A stretch of DNA of 64,000 nucleotides from Tissierellales bacterium (GTDB taxonomy: Bacteria > Bacillota > Clostridia > Tissierellales > VENL01). The stretch lies in the NCBI GenBank assembly GCA_028280805.1, contig JANQLB010000053.1, positions 1,372 to 65,371 of the forward strand, written 5' to 3'. The position numbers were made by a program, and so were the translations under genes. Positions 30,541 to 41,051 of the stretch are shown here, in pieces. How positions within the stretch are numbered: position 1 is the first letter of the stretch; each line of letters begins with the position of its first letter. The notes under the pieces were generated by a model that saw only the letters and a list, made by a program, of their open reading frames with translations, was not told where the DNA came from and searched no databases.

Positions 30541-32219
30541 TATTTTGTTCCCTTTTTCCAAGAACTCTTCAACGGAACTATCCTGTTAAATACTAGCTTT
30601 TCATCAGTTGTATCTTTGGAATCAATACAAAAATATCCATGTCTTAAGAACTGAAATTTATCTTCTTTATTAAATTGACTAACATAAGGCTCGACATAGC
30701 AGTCTTTTAATATTATTAAAGAATCCGGATTAATGTTTTCTTTCCAGTCTTTAACATCCGAATCATTATCTGATAATAGATTGTTATATAAACGAACTTC
30801 TACATTCACTGCCTCATTAGCTGCAACCCAATGTATAGTACCTTTTGGCTTTCGTTCATTAAATCCTGTTCCGCTCTTTGTCTGCGGATCATAGGTACAA
30901 CGCAGCTCTAAAATTTCTCCTGTATCAGAATCCTTTATTACTTCTTCACATTTAATAAAGTAAGCATGTTTAAGTCTTACTTCAACTCCCGGAGAAAGTC
31001 TGCGGTATTTTTTTTGCGGATTTTCCATAAAATCTTCTCGTTCAATGTACAATACTTTAGAAAAAGGTATTTTTCTAGAACCCAGTTTCTCATTATCACT
31101 GTTATTATCTGCGTCCAGCCATTCGACTGCATCTTCAGAATAGTTTGTAATTACTACTTTAAGAGGTTTAAGAACAGACATAACACAAGGAACTTTAGTC
31201 TTTAAATCTTCTCTTATACTATGCTCAAGCATAGCTATATCTACTTCGCTTGTATTTTTTGATACACCTATTTCATTTAAGAAATTTTTAATAGCTTCCG
31301 GAGTATATCCCCTTCTTTTCATTCCTCTTAAAGTTGGCATTCTAGGATCATCCCACCCGTCTACATATCTGCCTTCAACTAATTCTCTTAAGTATCTCTT
31401 ACTGGTTCTAACACCTCTTATACTCATTCTTCCAAATTCTCTTTGTTTAGGTGGATTTTTAAATTCTAATTCATTAAGAAACCATTCATATAATGGTCTA
31501 TTGTTTATAAATTCTGATGAACATAGAGAATGAGTTATAAATTCTATAGCATCTTGCAGAGGATGTGCAAAATCATACATAGGATAGATACACCATTTAT
31601 CACCTGTTTTATAGTGATGTGCGTATTGGATTCTATATATTACGGGGTCTCTTAAGCTTATATTGGGAGATTTCATATCTATCTTAGCTCTTAATACTTT
31701 TTCTCCTTCTTTAAATTCACCATTTCTCATTTTCTCAAAAAGCTCAAGATTTTCTTGTACTGAGCGGTTTCTGTAGGGGCTGTCTTTTCCGGGTTCAGTT
31801 AAAGTTCCTCTATATTCTCTTATTTCATCCGGGCTAAGATCACATACAAAAGCTTTGCCTTTTTTAATTAACTGTACTGCATACTCATAAGTTTTATCGA
31901 AATAATCAGACCCGAAATATAACCTGTCCTCCCAGTCAAATCCCATCCACTGCATATCTTCCTGAATAACCGTAACAAATTCTATGTTTTCTTTTGTCGG
32001 ATTGGTATCATCAAATCTAAGGTTAAACTTACCATTATACTTCTGTGCCCTACTATGACTTATATTAATAGCATAGGCATTTCCAATGTGTAAATATCCA
32101 TTGGGTTCTGGCGGAAATCTTGTGTGTACTCTATTGCCATACACTCCTTCTTCAATATCTTTTTCAATAATTCTGTCAATAAAATTTGATTTAATAGTGT
32201 TATTACCTTCAGAACTCAT
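30540..32219 (-). CDS. glnS: Glutamine-tRNA ligase (divergent, HIGN)
   Basis: [49 protein letters not shown] 32219 follows AAGGAGG. Confidence 0.85.
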   Translation of the reverse strand: MSSEGNNTIKSNFIDRIIEKDIEEGVYGNRVHTRFPPEPNGYLHIGNAYAINISHSRAQKYNGKFNLRFDDTNPTKENIEFVTVIQEDMQWMGFDWEDRLYFGSDYFDKTYEYAVQLIKKGKAFVCDLSPDEIREYRGTLTEPGKDSPYRNRSVQENLELFEKMRNGEFKEGEKVLRAKIDMKSPNISLRDPVIYRIQYAHHYKTGDKWCIYPMYDFAHPLQDAIEFITHSLCSSEFINNRPLYEWFLNELEFKNPPKQREFGRMSIRGVRTSKRYLRELVEGRYVDGWDDPRMPTLRGMKRRGYTPEAIKNFLNEIGVSKNTSEVDIAMLEHSIREDLKTKVPCVMSVLKPLKVVITNYSEDAVEWLDADNNSDNEKLGSRKIPFSKVLYIEREDFMENPQKKYRRLSPGVEVRLKHAYFIKCEEVIKDSDTGEILELRCTYDPQTKSGTGFNERKPKGTIHWVAANEAVNVEVRLYNNLLSDNDSDVKDWKENINPDSLIILKDCYVEPYVSQFNKEDKFQFLRHGYFCIDSKDTTDEKLVFNRIVPLKSSWKKGTK

Positions 32220-32296
32220 AAAAACCCTCCTTTTACATAATTTCATCTTATAATCACAATTAGTGATTTTAGTTTTCTTGCAATCAATACTATAAA

Positions 32297-32443
32297 GCCC
32301 CACGGACTCACTGTATTAGCGACTCCGCAGGGCCAATTAGCTACGTGTAGGATTATCTCCCTGTACCGCTCACAATTACACAAAGCTTAATTGCTCACTC
32401 ACTAGGTTATAAACATTTTATGAAAAGAAAATAGATTTGTCAA
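32297..32443 (-). promoter_or_regulatory. Sigma-A promoter plus structured attenuator-like leader of glnS
   Basis: TTGACA(32443-38)-17-TAAAAT(32420-15); GC-rich hairpin 32297-32333; competing CAGGG/CCCTG pairing. Confidence 0.55.
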
Positions 32444-32498
32444 TATATAATTTTATTATTAATATTTTATGTGTTTAAATTAAAATTATTATAAAACT

Positions 32499-33188
32499 TT
32501 AGAAATTTCGCATTTTAAATTCCGAAAAGTAGTTGTTTATAGTGTTACAGACTTTTTCTAAAGCATTTTTATTGTATGGAGTAAGATTATTTTTTCCGGC
32601 TAAAACTGTTTCCCCGTCTTTAAAGTTTTGAATTATATATCTCTTTGAACCTTTTATTTCACGTGAAATATCAACAATGTCCTCTAATTTTAATAATTCT
32701 TTGCAAATTGTAGTTCTAAACTCATAATCTATATTAGAATTCATGATAATAGCTATGCTTTGTTTAATATCACCATAGTCTAAATCTGATTTAGTTACAG
32801 TCTTATACTTTTTTAATGGTGCTTTTATATCCATAGCTACGTAGTCTAATAGTCCTTCGGATGTTAATTTGCTAAGGATAAGAGGATTAGTTCCATTTGT
32901 ATCAAGCTTAATTAGGTAGCCCATCTCTCTAACCTTTAATATAAATTCATAAAGTCCATCTTGAAGAGTAGGCTCTCCTCCGGATATACAAACTGCATCT
33001 AACATCTTTTTTCTTTTATTTAAAAATTCAAATATATAATCATGTGATATATTCTCTCCACAATTATTTACAATCGAACTGTTGTGGCAATAGGGACATC
33101 GAAAATTACATCCGCCTGAAAATAATATAGTTGATATTTTATTGGGATAATCTATAAACGAGGATTTTATATGTCCTTTAAAAATCAT
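32499..33188 (-). CDS. nrdG: Anaerobic RNR activating radical-SAM protein
   Basis: IDYP, GCNFRCPYCHN, SGGEPT, KLDTNG, EFRTT; adjacent to nrdD. Confidence 0.92.
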   Translation of the reverse strand: MIFKGHIKSSFIDYPNKISTILFSGGCNFRCPYCHNSSIVNNCGENISHDYIFEFLNKRKKMLDAVCISGGEPTLQDGLYEFILKVREMGYLIKLDTNGTNPLILSKLTSEGLLDYVAMDIKAPLKKYKTVTKSDLDYGDIKQSIAIIMNSNIDYEFRTTICKELLKLEDIVDISREIKGSKRYIIQNFKDGETVLAGKNNLTPYNKNALEKVCNTINNYFSEFKMRNF

Positions 33189-33201
33189 GCTGCCACCTCA
33201 A

Positions 33202-35325
33202 TCAGGCAGTCTGTTTTGTTTTATTTTTACTATTGTCTTTTAAACTCACTTCAGTGTCAAATTCTACTCTATCGTTATATTCAGCTTTTTTCCCCAGATT
33301 CCAAGATTGCACCGGTCTATGGAAACCTACTACTCTAGTCCATACTTCTGTTGGATTTCCACAGTCAGGACATTTAAGCTGTTCTCCTTTTAAATAACCA
33401 TGCTCTAAACATATACTATATGTAGGCGTAATTGTAAAATAAGGCATTTTGTTACTTTCAAATACTCTTTTAATTAAAATTTTAACTGTTTCTGCATTGT
33501 CTATTTCTTCACCTATAAAACCATGAAACACTGTTCCCCCGGTATATAAAGTTTGAAGACTTTCTTGAAGTTCTACAGCCTCAAATATATCTTTAGTGTG
33601 TCCCACGGGTAATTGTGTAGAATTTGTATAATAAGGCTGTTCTTCACCTTGAGTTATGATATTAGGATACATTCTCTTATCCATTCTCGCAAATCTATAT
33701 GCAGCTCCCTCAGCAGGAGAAGCCTCTAGATTCCATAAACTTCCTGTTTCTTCCTGAAATATTTGAATAACTCTATTCATGAACTGCATGATTTCAACTG
33801 AAAATTCACTTCCTTCTTCAGTAGTTATATCTTTTCCTAAGAAGTTTAAACATGCCTCATTCATACCATTTAGCCCTATAGTATTAAAATGGTTTTTATA
33901 AAATTCTCCTTCTCCATCTTTTATGCCCTGTAAGTAAAATTTAGAATAAGGATATAAGCCTGCTTCCATATATTTCTCTAAGACATATCTTTTACTCCTG
34001 CATATTAGTTTGGCTTTTTCCATCAAATCCCTTACTTTTGATTTAAATTCTTCTTTAGTCTTTGATAAATAACCAATTCGAGCCATATTTAGAGTAACAA
34101 CGTTTATACTCCCTGTTAACGGGTTAGCTCCAAATAGTCCGCCACCCCTTCTTCTTAGCTCTCTATTATCTAATCTAAGCCTACAGCACATGCTTCTAAC
34201 ATCTTCAGGATTCATATCACTATTGATGAAGTTTGCAAAGTATGGTGTTCCAAACTTTCTAGTCATCTCCATAATAGAATTTACAACATCAGAGTTCCAT
34301 GGAAAATCCTTAGTAATATTTATAGTAGGAATAGGGAAGCTAAAGCTTCTACCAGCACCATCTCCCTCCATCATCACCTCACAGAATGCCCTGTTAAACA
34401 TATCCATCTGTTCCTGGAAGTCTCCATATGTCTTATCCATTGGCTTACCTCCAATAATAACACTGCTGTTTTTTAGCATAGGATGAGGAGTTATGTCTAA
34501 AGTTATGTTAGTAAAAGGTGTCTGGAAACCAACCCTTGTAGGAATATTTAAATTAAATACAAATGTCTGCACGGCTTTTTTAACCTGTTCATAGTTTAAG
34601 TCATCGTAATAAATAAATGGTGCTGTATATGTGTCTAATGAGCTAACTGCCTGAGCTCCTGCTGCTTCACCCTGCAAAGTATAAAGCCAGTTTACAATCT
34701 GCCCTAAAAAAGATTGAAGATGGCTTGCCGGTTTAGACTCTACTTTACCTAATGCTCCTTTAAATCCATTTAATAGCAGTGCCTCTAGATCCCATCCACA
34801 GCAATATGGAGCTAATAGACCTAAATCATGAATATGTAAATCCCCGTTAATATGAGCAATACGTAAGTCTTTATCATATATTTTATTTAACCAATATTTT
34901 TTGGTTATAGATTCTACTATATGATTATTTAAACCTTGAAGACTAAAACCCATATTAGCATTTTCATAAATTTTCCAATCATCTAAGGAAACATATTCAT
35001 CAATTAGACCCTCAGCATCCATAAAAAGATTTCTTGCATTCCTTAATTCTTCATGCTTTTTCCTGTATAGTATGTAAGCCTTGGCTGTCTTAGCGTGACC
35101 TTCTTCTATAAGAACCTTTTCTACTATGTCTTGTATATCCTCTACAGTGGGAATACCAACTCCATAAGCTTCTTTTAAGATGTTTGAAACCATATTAGCT
35201 AATCTTTGAGACTCTTCCCTATCATCTCCTCCAACAGAATTGGCTGCTGCAAATATAGCATCTTCAATTTTCGTTATATCAAAATCTACTATGTCACCGT
35301 TTCTTTTTTGAACTCTATTAACCAA
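33202..35325 (-). CDS. nrdD: Anaerobic (class III) ribonucleoside-triphosphate reductase with ATP cone
   Basis: VQKRNG ATP cone, HIHDL, PYCCGW, RSMCCRL, YTNS, C..HGY..CPDC, RVVGF glycyl loop. Confidence 0.93.
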   Translation of the reverse strand: MVNRVQKRNGDIVDFDITKIEDAIFAAANSVGGDDREESQRLANMVSNILKEAYGVGIPTVEDIQDIVEKVLIEEGHAKTAKAYILYRKKHEELRNARNLFMDAEGLIDEYVSLDDWKIYENANMGFSLQGLNNHIVESITKKYWLNKIYDKDLRIAHINGDLHIHDLGLLAPYCCGWDLEALLLNGFKGALGKVESKPASHLQSFLGQIVNWLYTLQGEAAGAQAVSSLDTYTAPFIYYDDLNYEQVKKAVQTFVFNLNIPTRVGFQTPFTNITLDITPHPMLKNSSVIIGGKPMDKTYGDFQEQMDMFNRAFCEVMMEGDGAGRSFSFPIPTINITKDFPWNSDVVNSIMEMTRKFGTPYFANFINSDMNPEDVRSMCCRLRLDNRELRRRGGGLFGANPLTGSINVVTLNMARIGYLSKTKEEFKSKVRDLMEKAKLICRSKRYVLEKYMEAGLYPYSKFYLQGIKDGEGEFYKNHFNTIGLNGMNEACLNFLGKDITTEEGSEFSVEIMQFMNRVIQIFQEETGSLWNLEASPAEGAAYRFARMDKRMYPNIITQGEEQPYYTNSTQLPVGHTKDIFEAVELQESLQTLYTGGTVFHGFIGEEIDNAETVKILIKRVFESNKMPYFTITPTYSICLEHGYLKGEQLKCPDCGNPTEVWTRVVGFHRPVQSWNLGKKAEYNDRVEFDTEVSLKDNSKNKTKQTA

Positions 35326-35334
35326 GTTATCATC

Positions 35335-35381
35335 CCCTCTATATTGTGGTATAAGTATAATATATACATATATGTTGTATA
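35335..35381. promoter_or_regulatory. Tandem NrdR boxes, one overlapping the nrdD RBS
   Basis: Minus strand ACCACAATATAGAGGG and ATACAACATATATGTA, about 30 bp apart, resemble the acaCwAtATaTwGtg consensus. Confidence 0.55.
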
Positions 35382-35564
35382 TAATTCATATATATCCATT
35401 TTAAATTAAATAAATCTTAAGTTCAAATTTGAAATTTTTCTTCTGGTCATTATATACAAGCTTAAGTCTATTAAACTATAAAATACTATCTTTTTTATAT
35501 TTTTTAAAATTTTAATTTTATAAAACTGCACATATTTCGATGAGGATAAAATTACTTATTTGTC

Positions 35565-37007
35565 TTAATATGCCTTTTTATCCAAATAATAAAGCACCAA
35601 TTTTATAACTTCTTTAATTCTATCTTTATCTATATTCTCAATTGTATCTCTTGGAGTATGGTATCCACTTTCTTTATCTAAATGTATTAATAATACCGAC
35701 TCAATATCACTATAACAAAACGGAGCATGATCACTAGCTTGAGAGAAGTGTTTTTTACTATTGATTCCTAAATATCCTGCATATTTATATAATTCATCTC
35801 TTAGATTATTACCATTTTTATTTGCAGTAGATATGTAAAGCGGTACTTTACGTTTTGAACCAACCATATCCAAATTAATAACTATTGTATTTTCTAAAGG
35901 ATATAACGGATTATTAACATAATGTCTAGAACCAAAGAGACCTTCTTCTTCACCATTAAATCCTATAAATATAATAGTTTTTTTAGGCTTAACTTTGTTT
36001 ATGTTTAAAATTCTGGCTATTTCCATCACACATGCTGCTCCAGACGCATTGTCTAATGCTCCCGGATTATATGTGCCGTTTTTGTTATCTCCAAGATGGT
36101 CTAAATGACCACAAATAATTATATATTCATCTTTAAGATCTTTATCTGTTCCCTGAATAACTCCAATTACATTAGGAACTTCTAATTTTCGGCATAAATA
36201 ATCTATACTAAGTCTTACTGTAGCCTGAATTTTAGCTTTCTCTGCTATATCATTAAACTTCTGCGGATTAAAATAGGCACATATTGGTTTATTACTTAAC
36301 GTTTTATTGTTAATCGGGTGTGGAGATAACGGCATAAAATTCCTTTCTATGATAGCACCCTTTATATCCATATCGGAATGTGAAATTTGTTTTAAAAAAT
36401 TTGATATCCCTATTTTGTCTACTGTCTCTTTAGAGATAACCAGAATTTTATCTTTTATTTTTTCATTATTTTTATTTATTTGACCCGCATCATTTATATA
36501 ATACATTTTTCCTTCAATACTGCCGCTAAGCGATAAATTGTTATTTATAACGGGATTAAAATCTTTTAAATACTCATATTCAGTTATTACACTGCCATTT
36601 TTATCAATGATCTGTAAGGCAGCTACGTTGTTAGTTATTTTAACTGATTGTGGAAAATACTGCTTGTAATCTTTGATTCCTTTAGGATTTTCCAGTCCAA
36701 TTTCTTTAAAGTAATCTACCATATATTTAACTGCTAATTCATTGCCTTCTGTTCCTACAAGCCTTCCTTTATATTTTTTAGATGACAGTTCTTTAATTAT
36801 ATCCATTACATTATCTGTATTTATCAAATCTTCATCTAGGTTAGTAAATCCCAGTACATTTTCAGAACCGTATTTATTAAACCGGTTAGCTTGAGTATTA
36901 TTTATACTTGTATCAGATTCTTGTTCTATTAGTTTATCAGAGCTGCATCCAATGAGTAATGAGAATGACAGTAGTATAACTAATAAAATATTTAATATTC
37001 TTTTCAA
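35565..37007 (-). CDS. M28-family aminopeptidase lipoprotein
   Basis: Lipobox LLIGC; GR.VGT.G, GHLDHLG, GALDNASG, GEEEGL.GS, NLDMVG, SDH, YHT..D. Confidence 0.9.
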   Translation of the reverse strand: MKRILNILLVILLSFSLLIGCSSDKLIEQESDTSINNTQANRFNKYGSENVLGFTNLDEDLINTDNVMDIIKELSSKKYKGRLVGTEGNELAVKYMVDYFKEIGLENPKGIKDYKQYFPQSVKITNNVAALQIIDKNGSVITEYEYLKDFNPVINNNLSLSGSIEGKMYYINDAGQINKNNEKIKDKILVISKETVDKIGISNFLKQISHSDMDIKGAIIERNFMPLSPHPINNKTLSNKPICAYFNPQKFNDIAEKAKIQATVRLSIDYLCRKLEVPNVIGVIQGTDKDLKDEYIIICGHLDHLGDNKNGTYNPGALDNASGAACVMEIARILNINKVKPKKTIIFIGFNGEEEGLFGSRHYVNNPLYPLENTIVINLDMVGSKRKVPLYISTANKNGNNLRDELYKYAGYLGINSKKHFSQASDHAPFCYSDIESVLLIHLDKESGYHTPRDTIENIDKDRIKEVIKLVLYYLDKKAY

Positions 37008-37338
37008 TTTTTATGCCTCCTATTTGATATAAAGTAAAATATAGTTTTCTCTATTACATAATAATATTCTGTGAAAATTAAAGAAATTTAAAACTAAAAT
37101 ATTATTATTTGCTAAACGACTTGTGTATATTTTTTCATCTATATTTTTTATTATAAGATTGAATCCCTATATATAATATGAATTTTCTAAGTAAAAAGCA
37201 GAGTTATTATTCTTAAAATATTCTTTTTGGTATTTTATAATTTGAATAAAAAAGCATTTCCGAGTAAAATAAGTATAAGAACAGATTTATACCCTTAAAA
37301 ATACTGATGATTTAGTGTAAAGCATAAGGAGGATTAAT

Positions 37339-38160
37339 ATGAAGAAGGTATTAACTATAGCAGGCTCTGACAGTAGCGGCGGTGCAGGTATTCAGGCAGA
37401 TTTAAAAACTTTCTCGGCTCATGGAGTGTTTGGAATGAGTGTAATTACAGCAGTTACTGCACAAAACACTCAGAAAGTCTTAGATGTAGAGGATATGTCA
37501 TGTGATATAATAGCAAAGCAGATTGATGCAATTTTTACGGACATAGATGTAGATGCAGTAAAGATTGGAATGGTCTCTAAAATCGAAACAATAAATACTA
37601 TTGCTAAAAAGCTTAATGAGTATAAACCGCAAAATGTAGTTGTTGATCCTGTTATGGTTTCAAAAAGCGGGTATCATTTATTACAGTCTAAAGCAAAAGA
37701 AGCTTTAATTAATAAGCTCATTCCTTTAGCTACAGTTGTAACTCCTAATATACCGGAAGCTGAAGTAATAACAGGGATGTCTATAAGGAACTTAAAGGAT
37801 ATGGAAAAAGCCGGCAGATTAATATATGATTTAGGTGCTGAAAATGTACTTATTAAAGGAGGGCATCTAGAAAACGAAGCTACAGATATACTCTATAATG
37901 GTAAAAAATTTGAATACTTCAATTCAAAAAGGATTAAAACTAAGAATACTCATGGAACAGGCTGTACTTTATCGTCAGCTATAGCTTCTAACTTAGCTAG
38001 AGAATTTACAATAATTCAGGCTATTTCAAAAGCAAAGGAATATATTAATACAGCTATCCAACATTCTTTATCTATTGGAAAGGGTGTCGGACCTACTAAT
38101 CATTTCTATGAATTATATAAAAAATCAGGAATATTAGAGAAGGAGAAATTAAATGGATAA
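37339..38160 (+). CDS. thiD: Hydroxymethylpyrimidine/phosphomethylpyrimidine kinase
   Basis: IAGSDSSGGAGIQADLKT, DPVM, TPNIPEA, THGTGCT. Confidence 0.95.
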   Translation: MKKVLTIAGSDSSGGAGIQADLKTFSAHGVFGMSVITAVTAQNTQKVLDVEDMSCDIIAKQIDAIFTDIDVDAVKIGMVSKIETINTIAKKLNEYKPQNVVVDPVMVSKSGYHLLQSKAKEALINKLIPLATVVTPNIPEAEVITGMSIRNLKDMEKAGRLIYDLGAENVLIKGGHLENEATDILYNGKKFEYFNSKRIKTKNTHGTGCTLSSAIASNLAREFTIIQAISKAKEYINTAIQHSLSIGKGVGPTNHFYELYKKSGILEKEKLNG

Positions 38161-38782
38161 AAGTAAAATAAATTATACTCTTTACTTAGTTACTGATAGA
38201 AATATTTTAGGCAGCAGAGATTTATGTAAAAGTATAGAACAAGCAATTCAAGGCGGTACTTCTATTATACAATTAAGAGAAAAAAACATAACTTCTATAG
38301 AATTTTATAATATCGCTAAAGAAGTTAAGAAAATTACCAACAAATATAATGTGCCATTAATAATTAATGATAGACTGGATATAGCTTTAGCAGTAGATGC
38401 CGATGGTATTCATATAGGTCCGGAAGATTTACCTGTAAAAGTTGTAAGAAAAATAATGGGTGCAGATAAAATAATAGGAGCGTCTACCTGTAATATTAAA
38501 GAAGCTGTTGAAGCAGAAGAAGCAGGAGCTGATTATTTAGGAGTAGGAGCAATGTTTCCTACCAAAACGAAGAACAACACCGAAGATGTTAGTATCGAAG
38601 ATTTAAAAAACATTAAAGCGAGTGTTAACATACCTGTGGTTGCTATAGGGGGTATAAATAAAAAAAATGCTTCCATTGTAATGGAAGCAAAAATTGATGG
38701 TATAGCCGTTGTTTCGGCAATACTAAATCAGTCTGATATATTTGAGTCTGCTAAAAATCTATATGAAATAGTTAAAAGTTAG
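38153..38782 (+). CDS. thiE: Thiamine-phosphate synthase
   Basis: LYLVTD, QLREK, INDRLD, GADYLGVG, AIGGI. Confidence 0.95.
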   Translation: MDKSKINYTLYLVTDRNILGSRDLCKSIEQAIQGGTSIIQLREKNITSIEFYNIAKEVKKITNKYNVPLIINDRLDIALAVDADGIHIGPEDLPVKVVRKIMGADKIIGASTCNIKEAVEAEEAGADYLGVGAMFPTKTKNNTEDVSIEDLKNIKASVNIPVVAIGGINKKNASIVMEAKIDGIAVVSAILNQSDIFESAKNLYEIVKS

Positions 38783-40893
38783 ACTTTAATTTTATCTACT
38801 CTCATAGCTCTCATTGAATTAAGAACTGCCAGTAAAGCTACACCTACATCCGCAAATACAGCCTCCCACATTGAAGCTATACCAAAAGCTCCTAATAATA
38901 GAACTACTCCCTTTGTTCCAAGGGCAAAAACTATATTTTGTATTACTATAATTTTTGTCCTTCTTGCAATCTTAATTGCTTGAGGTAATTTTGAAGGTTC
39001 ATCTGTCATTAATACTATGTCTGAAGCTTCAATAGCGGCATCTGAACCTAAAGAACCCATAGATACTCCGACATCAGCTCTTGCTAAAACCGGGGCATCG
39101 TTTATACCATCTCCAACGAAAACCAGCTTTCCTCTGGTGTTTTTTTCTATATTCTCTAGTTTATGAACTTTCTCATCCGGTAACAGCTCTGAATAAACTT
39201 CATCTAATCCAAGATTTCTTCCAATTTTATTTCCAATATGTCTATTGTCTCCTGTGAGCATTAATATCCTTTTAACCCCTAATGTCCTAAGTTTCTGTAT
39301 AGCTGATTTTGAATCTCTCTTAACTTCATCAGAAATTAAAATTCTACCCTCAAGTTTTCCATCTATAGCTACATAAACACTGGTATTTTCATTAATATTA
39401 TCATTATTAATTTTCATATTGTCTATATCAAAGCTCTTTAAAAGTTTAACATTTCCTGTAAGAACCGTTTTACCTTCTATTTTGGCTACAATACCCTGCC
39501 CGGAAATATCTTGGTAATCTTCAATAATACTTTCATTAATTTCCCCTTTAAACATCTCTAATATTGATTTACCAATAGGATGACTTGAATGTAACTCTGA
39601 TATGGCTGCAAGCCTTAAAATATCATTCTTGTCGTAATCTCCATAGCTTTCTATACCTGTAACTGTAAATGTTCCTTTTGTTAGTGTACCTGTCTTATCA
39701 AATACAACTGTATCTACATCATTTAAAGCATCAAGATAATTTCCTCCTTTTACTAATATGCCTGCCCGAGAAGCTCCCCCAATCCCTCCAAAAAATCCCA
39801 AAGGGATTGAAATAACCAATGCACAAGGACATGATACAACTAAGAAAACTAATGCTCTATATATCCAATCCGAAAAAGATGCACCTTGAAGTACTATAGG
39901 AGGAATTACAGCAATAAGCAAAGCTGAGAATACAACTAAAGGAGTATAATAACGAGCAAATTTTGTTATGAAGCTTTCAATATCAGCCTTCTTACTTCCT
40001 GCATTTTCAACTAAATCAAGTATTTTACTAACTGTTGATTGTTCAAAGGTCTTAGTAACCTCTATTTCTAATAACCCATTCTTATTTACAAAACCGCTTA
40101 GTATATCATCACCATTATTAATACTTCTGTGTAGAGATTCACCAGTTAAAGCAGATGTGTCAACCATTGATTCACCTTTTATCACAACGCCGTCTAATGG
40201 TACTTTTTCTCCGGGTTTGATTATAATTATATCTCCTATTGATACATCTTGCGGATCAACTTTTTTAGTTCCATTTTCAATCTTTAAATTTGCATAATCC
40301 GGGCGTATATCTAATAGAGATTTTATTGATTTTCTAGATTTGTTTACTGCTATTCTCTGAAAAGTTTCACCTATTTGATAAAACAGCATTACTGCAACAG
40401 CTTCCGGAAATTCTCTAATGGCAAATGCTCCAAGAGTAGCTATAGTCATAAGAAAGTTTTCATCAAAGAAGCTTACTTTTGCTATATTTCTAAATGCTTT
40501 TAATACTACTTCTCCACCTATTAAGATATAACTTGACACAAAAAAGAATAATTCAAAAAAGGTGTTAAGTTTAAATATTACAGCTACTGCAAACATTATA
40601 GTACCCATTGATAATCTAATAAGCTCTAACTTGTTAAAAGCAGTATTTTGACCTTCTATAGCTGCTTTTCCTTTTTCTTCCACTTTAACATGAGGTTCAT
40701 GTTTTCTTACAATCTTTTTAATCTCTTGTATTGTATTAATTGCTTTTTCTTTATATATTACTGTTAATACTCCGGTTGCAAAGTTTATATTCGATGAGTT
40801 TACATTAAAAAGATTTGTAACTTCTTTTTCAATCTTTCCTGCACAACTGGAACAATCCAGTCCACGTAAAATAAACTGCTTCTTATTTCTCAT
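38779..40893 (-). CDS. cadA: Cd/Zn-translocating P1B-type ATPase
   Basis: GLDCSSC metal-binding domain, TGES, SCPCALVIS, DKTGT, HP, GDGINDAP. Confidence 0.88.
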   Translation of the reverse strand: MRNKKQFILRGLDCSSCAGKIEKEVTNLFNVNSSNINFATGVLTVIYKEKAINTIQEIKKIVRKHEPHVKVEEKGKAAIEGQNTAFNKLELIRLSMGTIMFAVAVIFKLNTFFELFFFVSSYILIGGEVVLKAFRNIAKVSFFDENFLMTIATLGAFAIREFPEAVAVMLFYQIGETFQRIAVNKSRKSIKSLLDIRPDYANLKIENGTKKVDPQDVSIGDIIIIKPGEKVPLDGVVIKGESMVDTSALTGESLHRSINNGDDILSGFVNKNGLLEIEVTKTFEQSTVSKILDLVENAGSKKADIESFITKFARYYTPLVVFSALLIAVIPPIVLQGASFSDWIYRALVFLVVSCPCALVISIPLGFFGGIGGASRAGILVKGGNYLDALNDVDTVVFDKTGTLTKGTFTVTGIESYGDYDKNDILRLAAISELHSSHPIGKSILEMFKGEINESIIEDYQDISGQGIVAKIEGKTVLTGNVKLLKSFDIDNMKINNDNINENTSVYVAIDGKLEGRILISDEVKRDSKSAIQKLRTLGVKRILMLTGDNRHIGNKIGRNLGLDEVYSELLPDEKVHKLENIEKNTRGKLVFVGDGINDAPVLARADVGVSMGSLGSDAAIEASDIVLMTDEPSKLPQAIKIARRTKIIVIQNIVFALGTKGVVLLLGAFGIASMWEAVFADVGVALLAVLNSMRAMRVDKIKV

Positions 40894-40937
40894 TTAATTG
40901 CCCCCTTAATTTAAGTCTAATACATATTATGCTTTTG

Positions 40938-40955
40938 TATGAACAATTGTTCATA
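40938..40955. promoter_or_regulatory. CadC/SmtB-type operator palindrome
   Basis: Perfect palindrome TATGAACAATTGTTCATA upstream of cadA. Confidence 0.7.
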
Positions 40956-41051
40956 TATTCATTATGATTATATTATTTTTCTAATTTTTTGTCAAAGAAT
41001 ATTTGAAAATAAAAAAATAGCCCTAAGGCTATTTTATAGAAGCAGTTACTT

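Noticed and set aside
32220..32303. N-terminal extension of glnS, and a T-box in its leader
   Set aside because: The RBS supports ATG 32219; no T-box consensus or specifier stem is visible.
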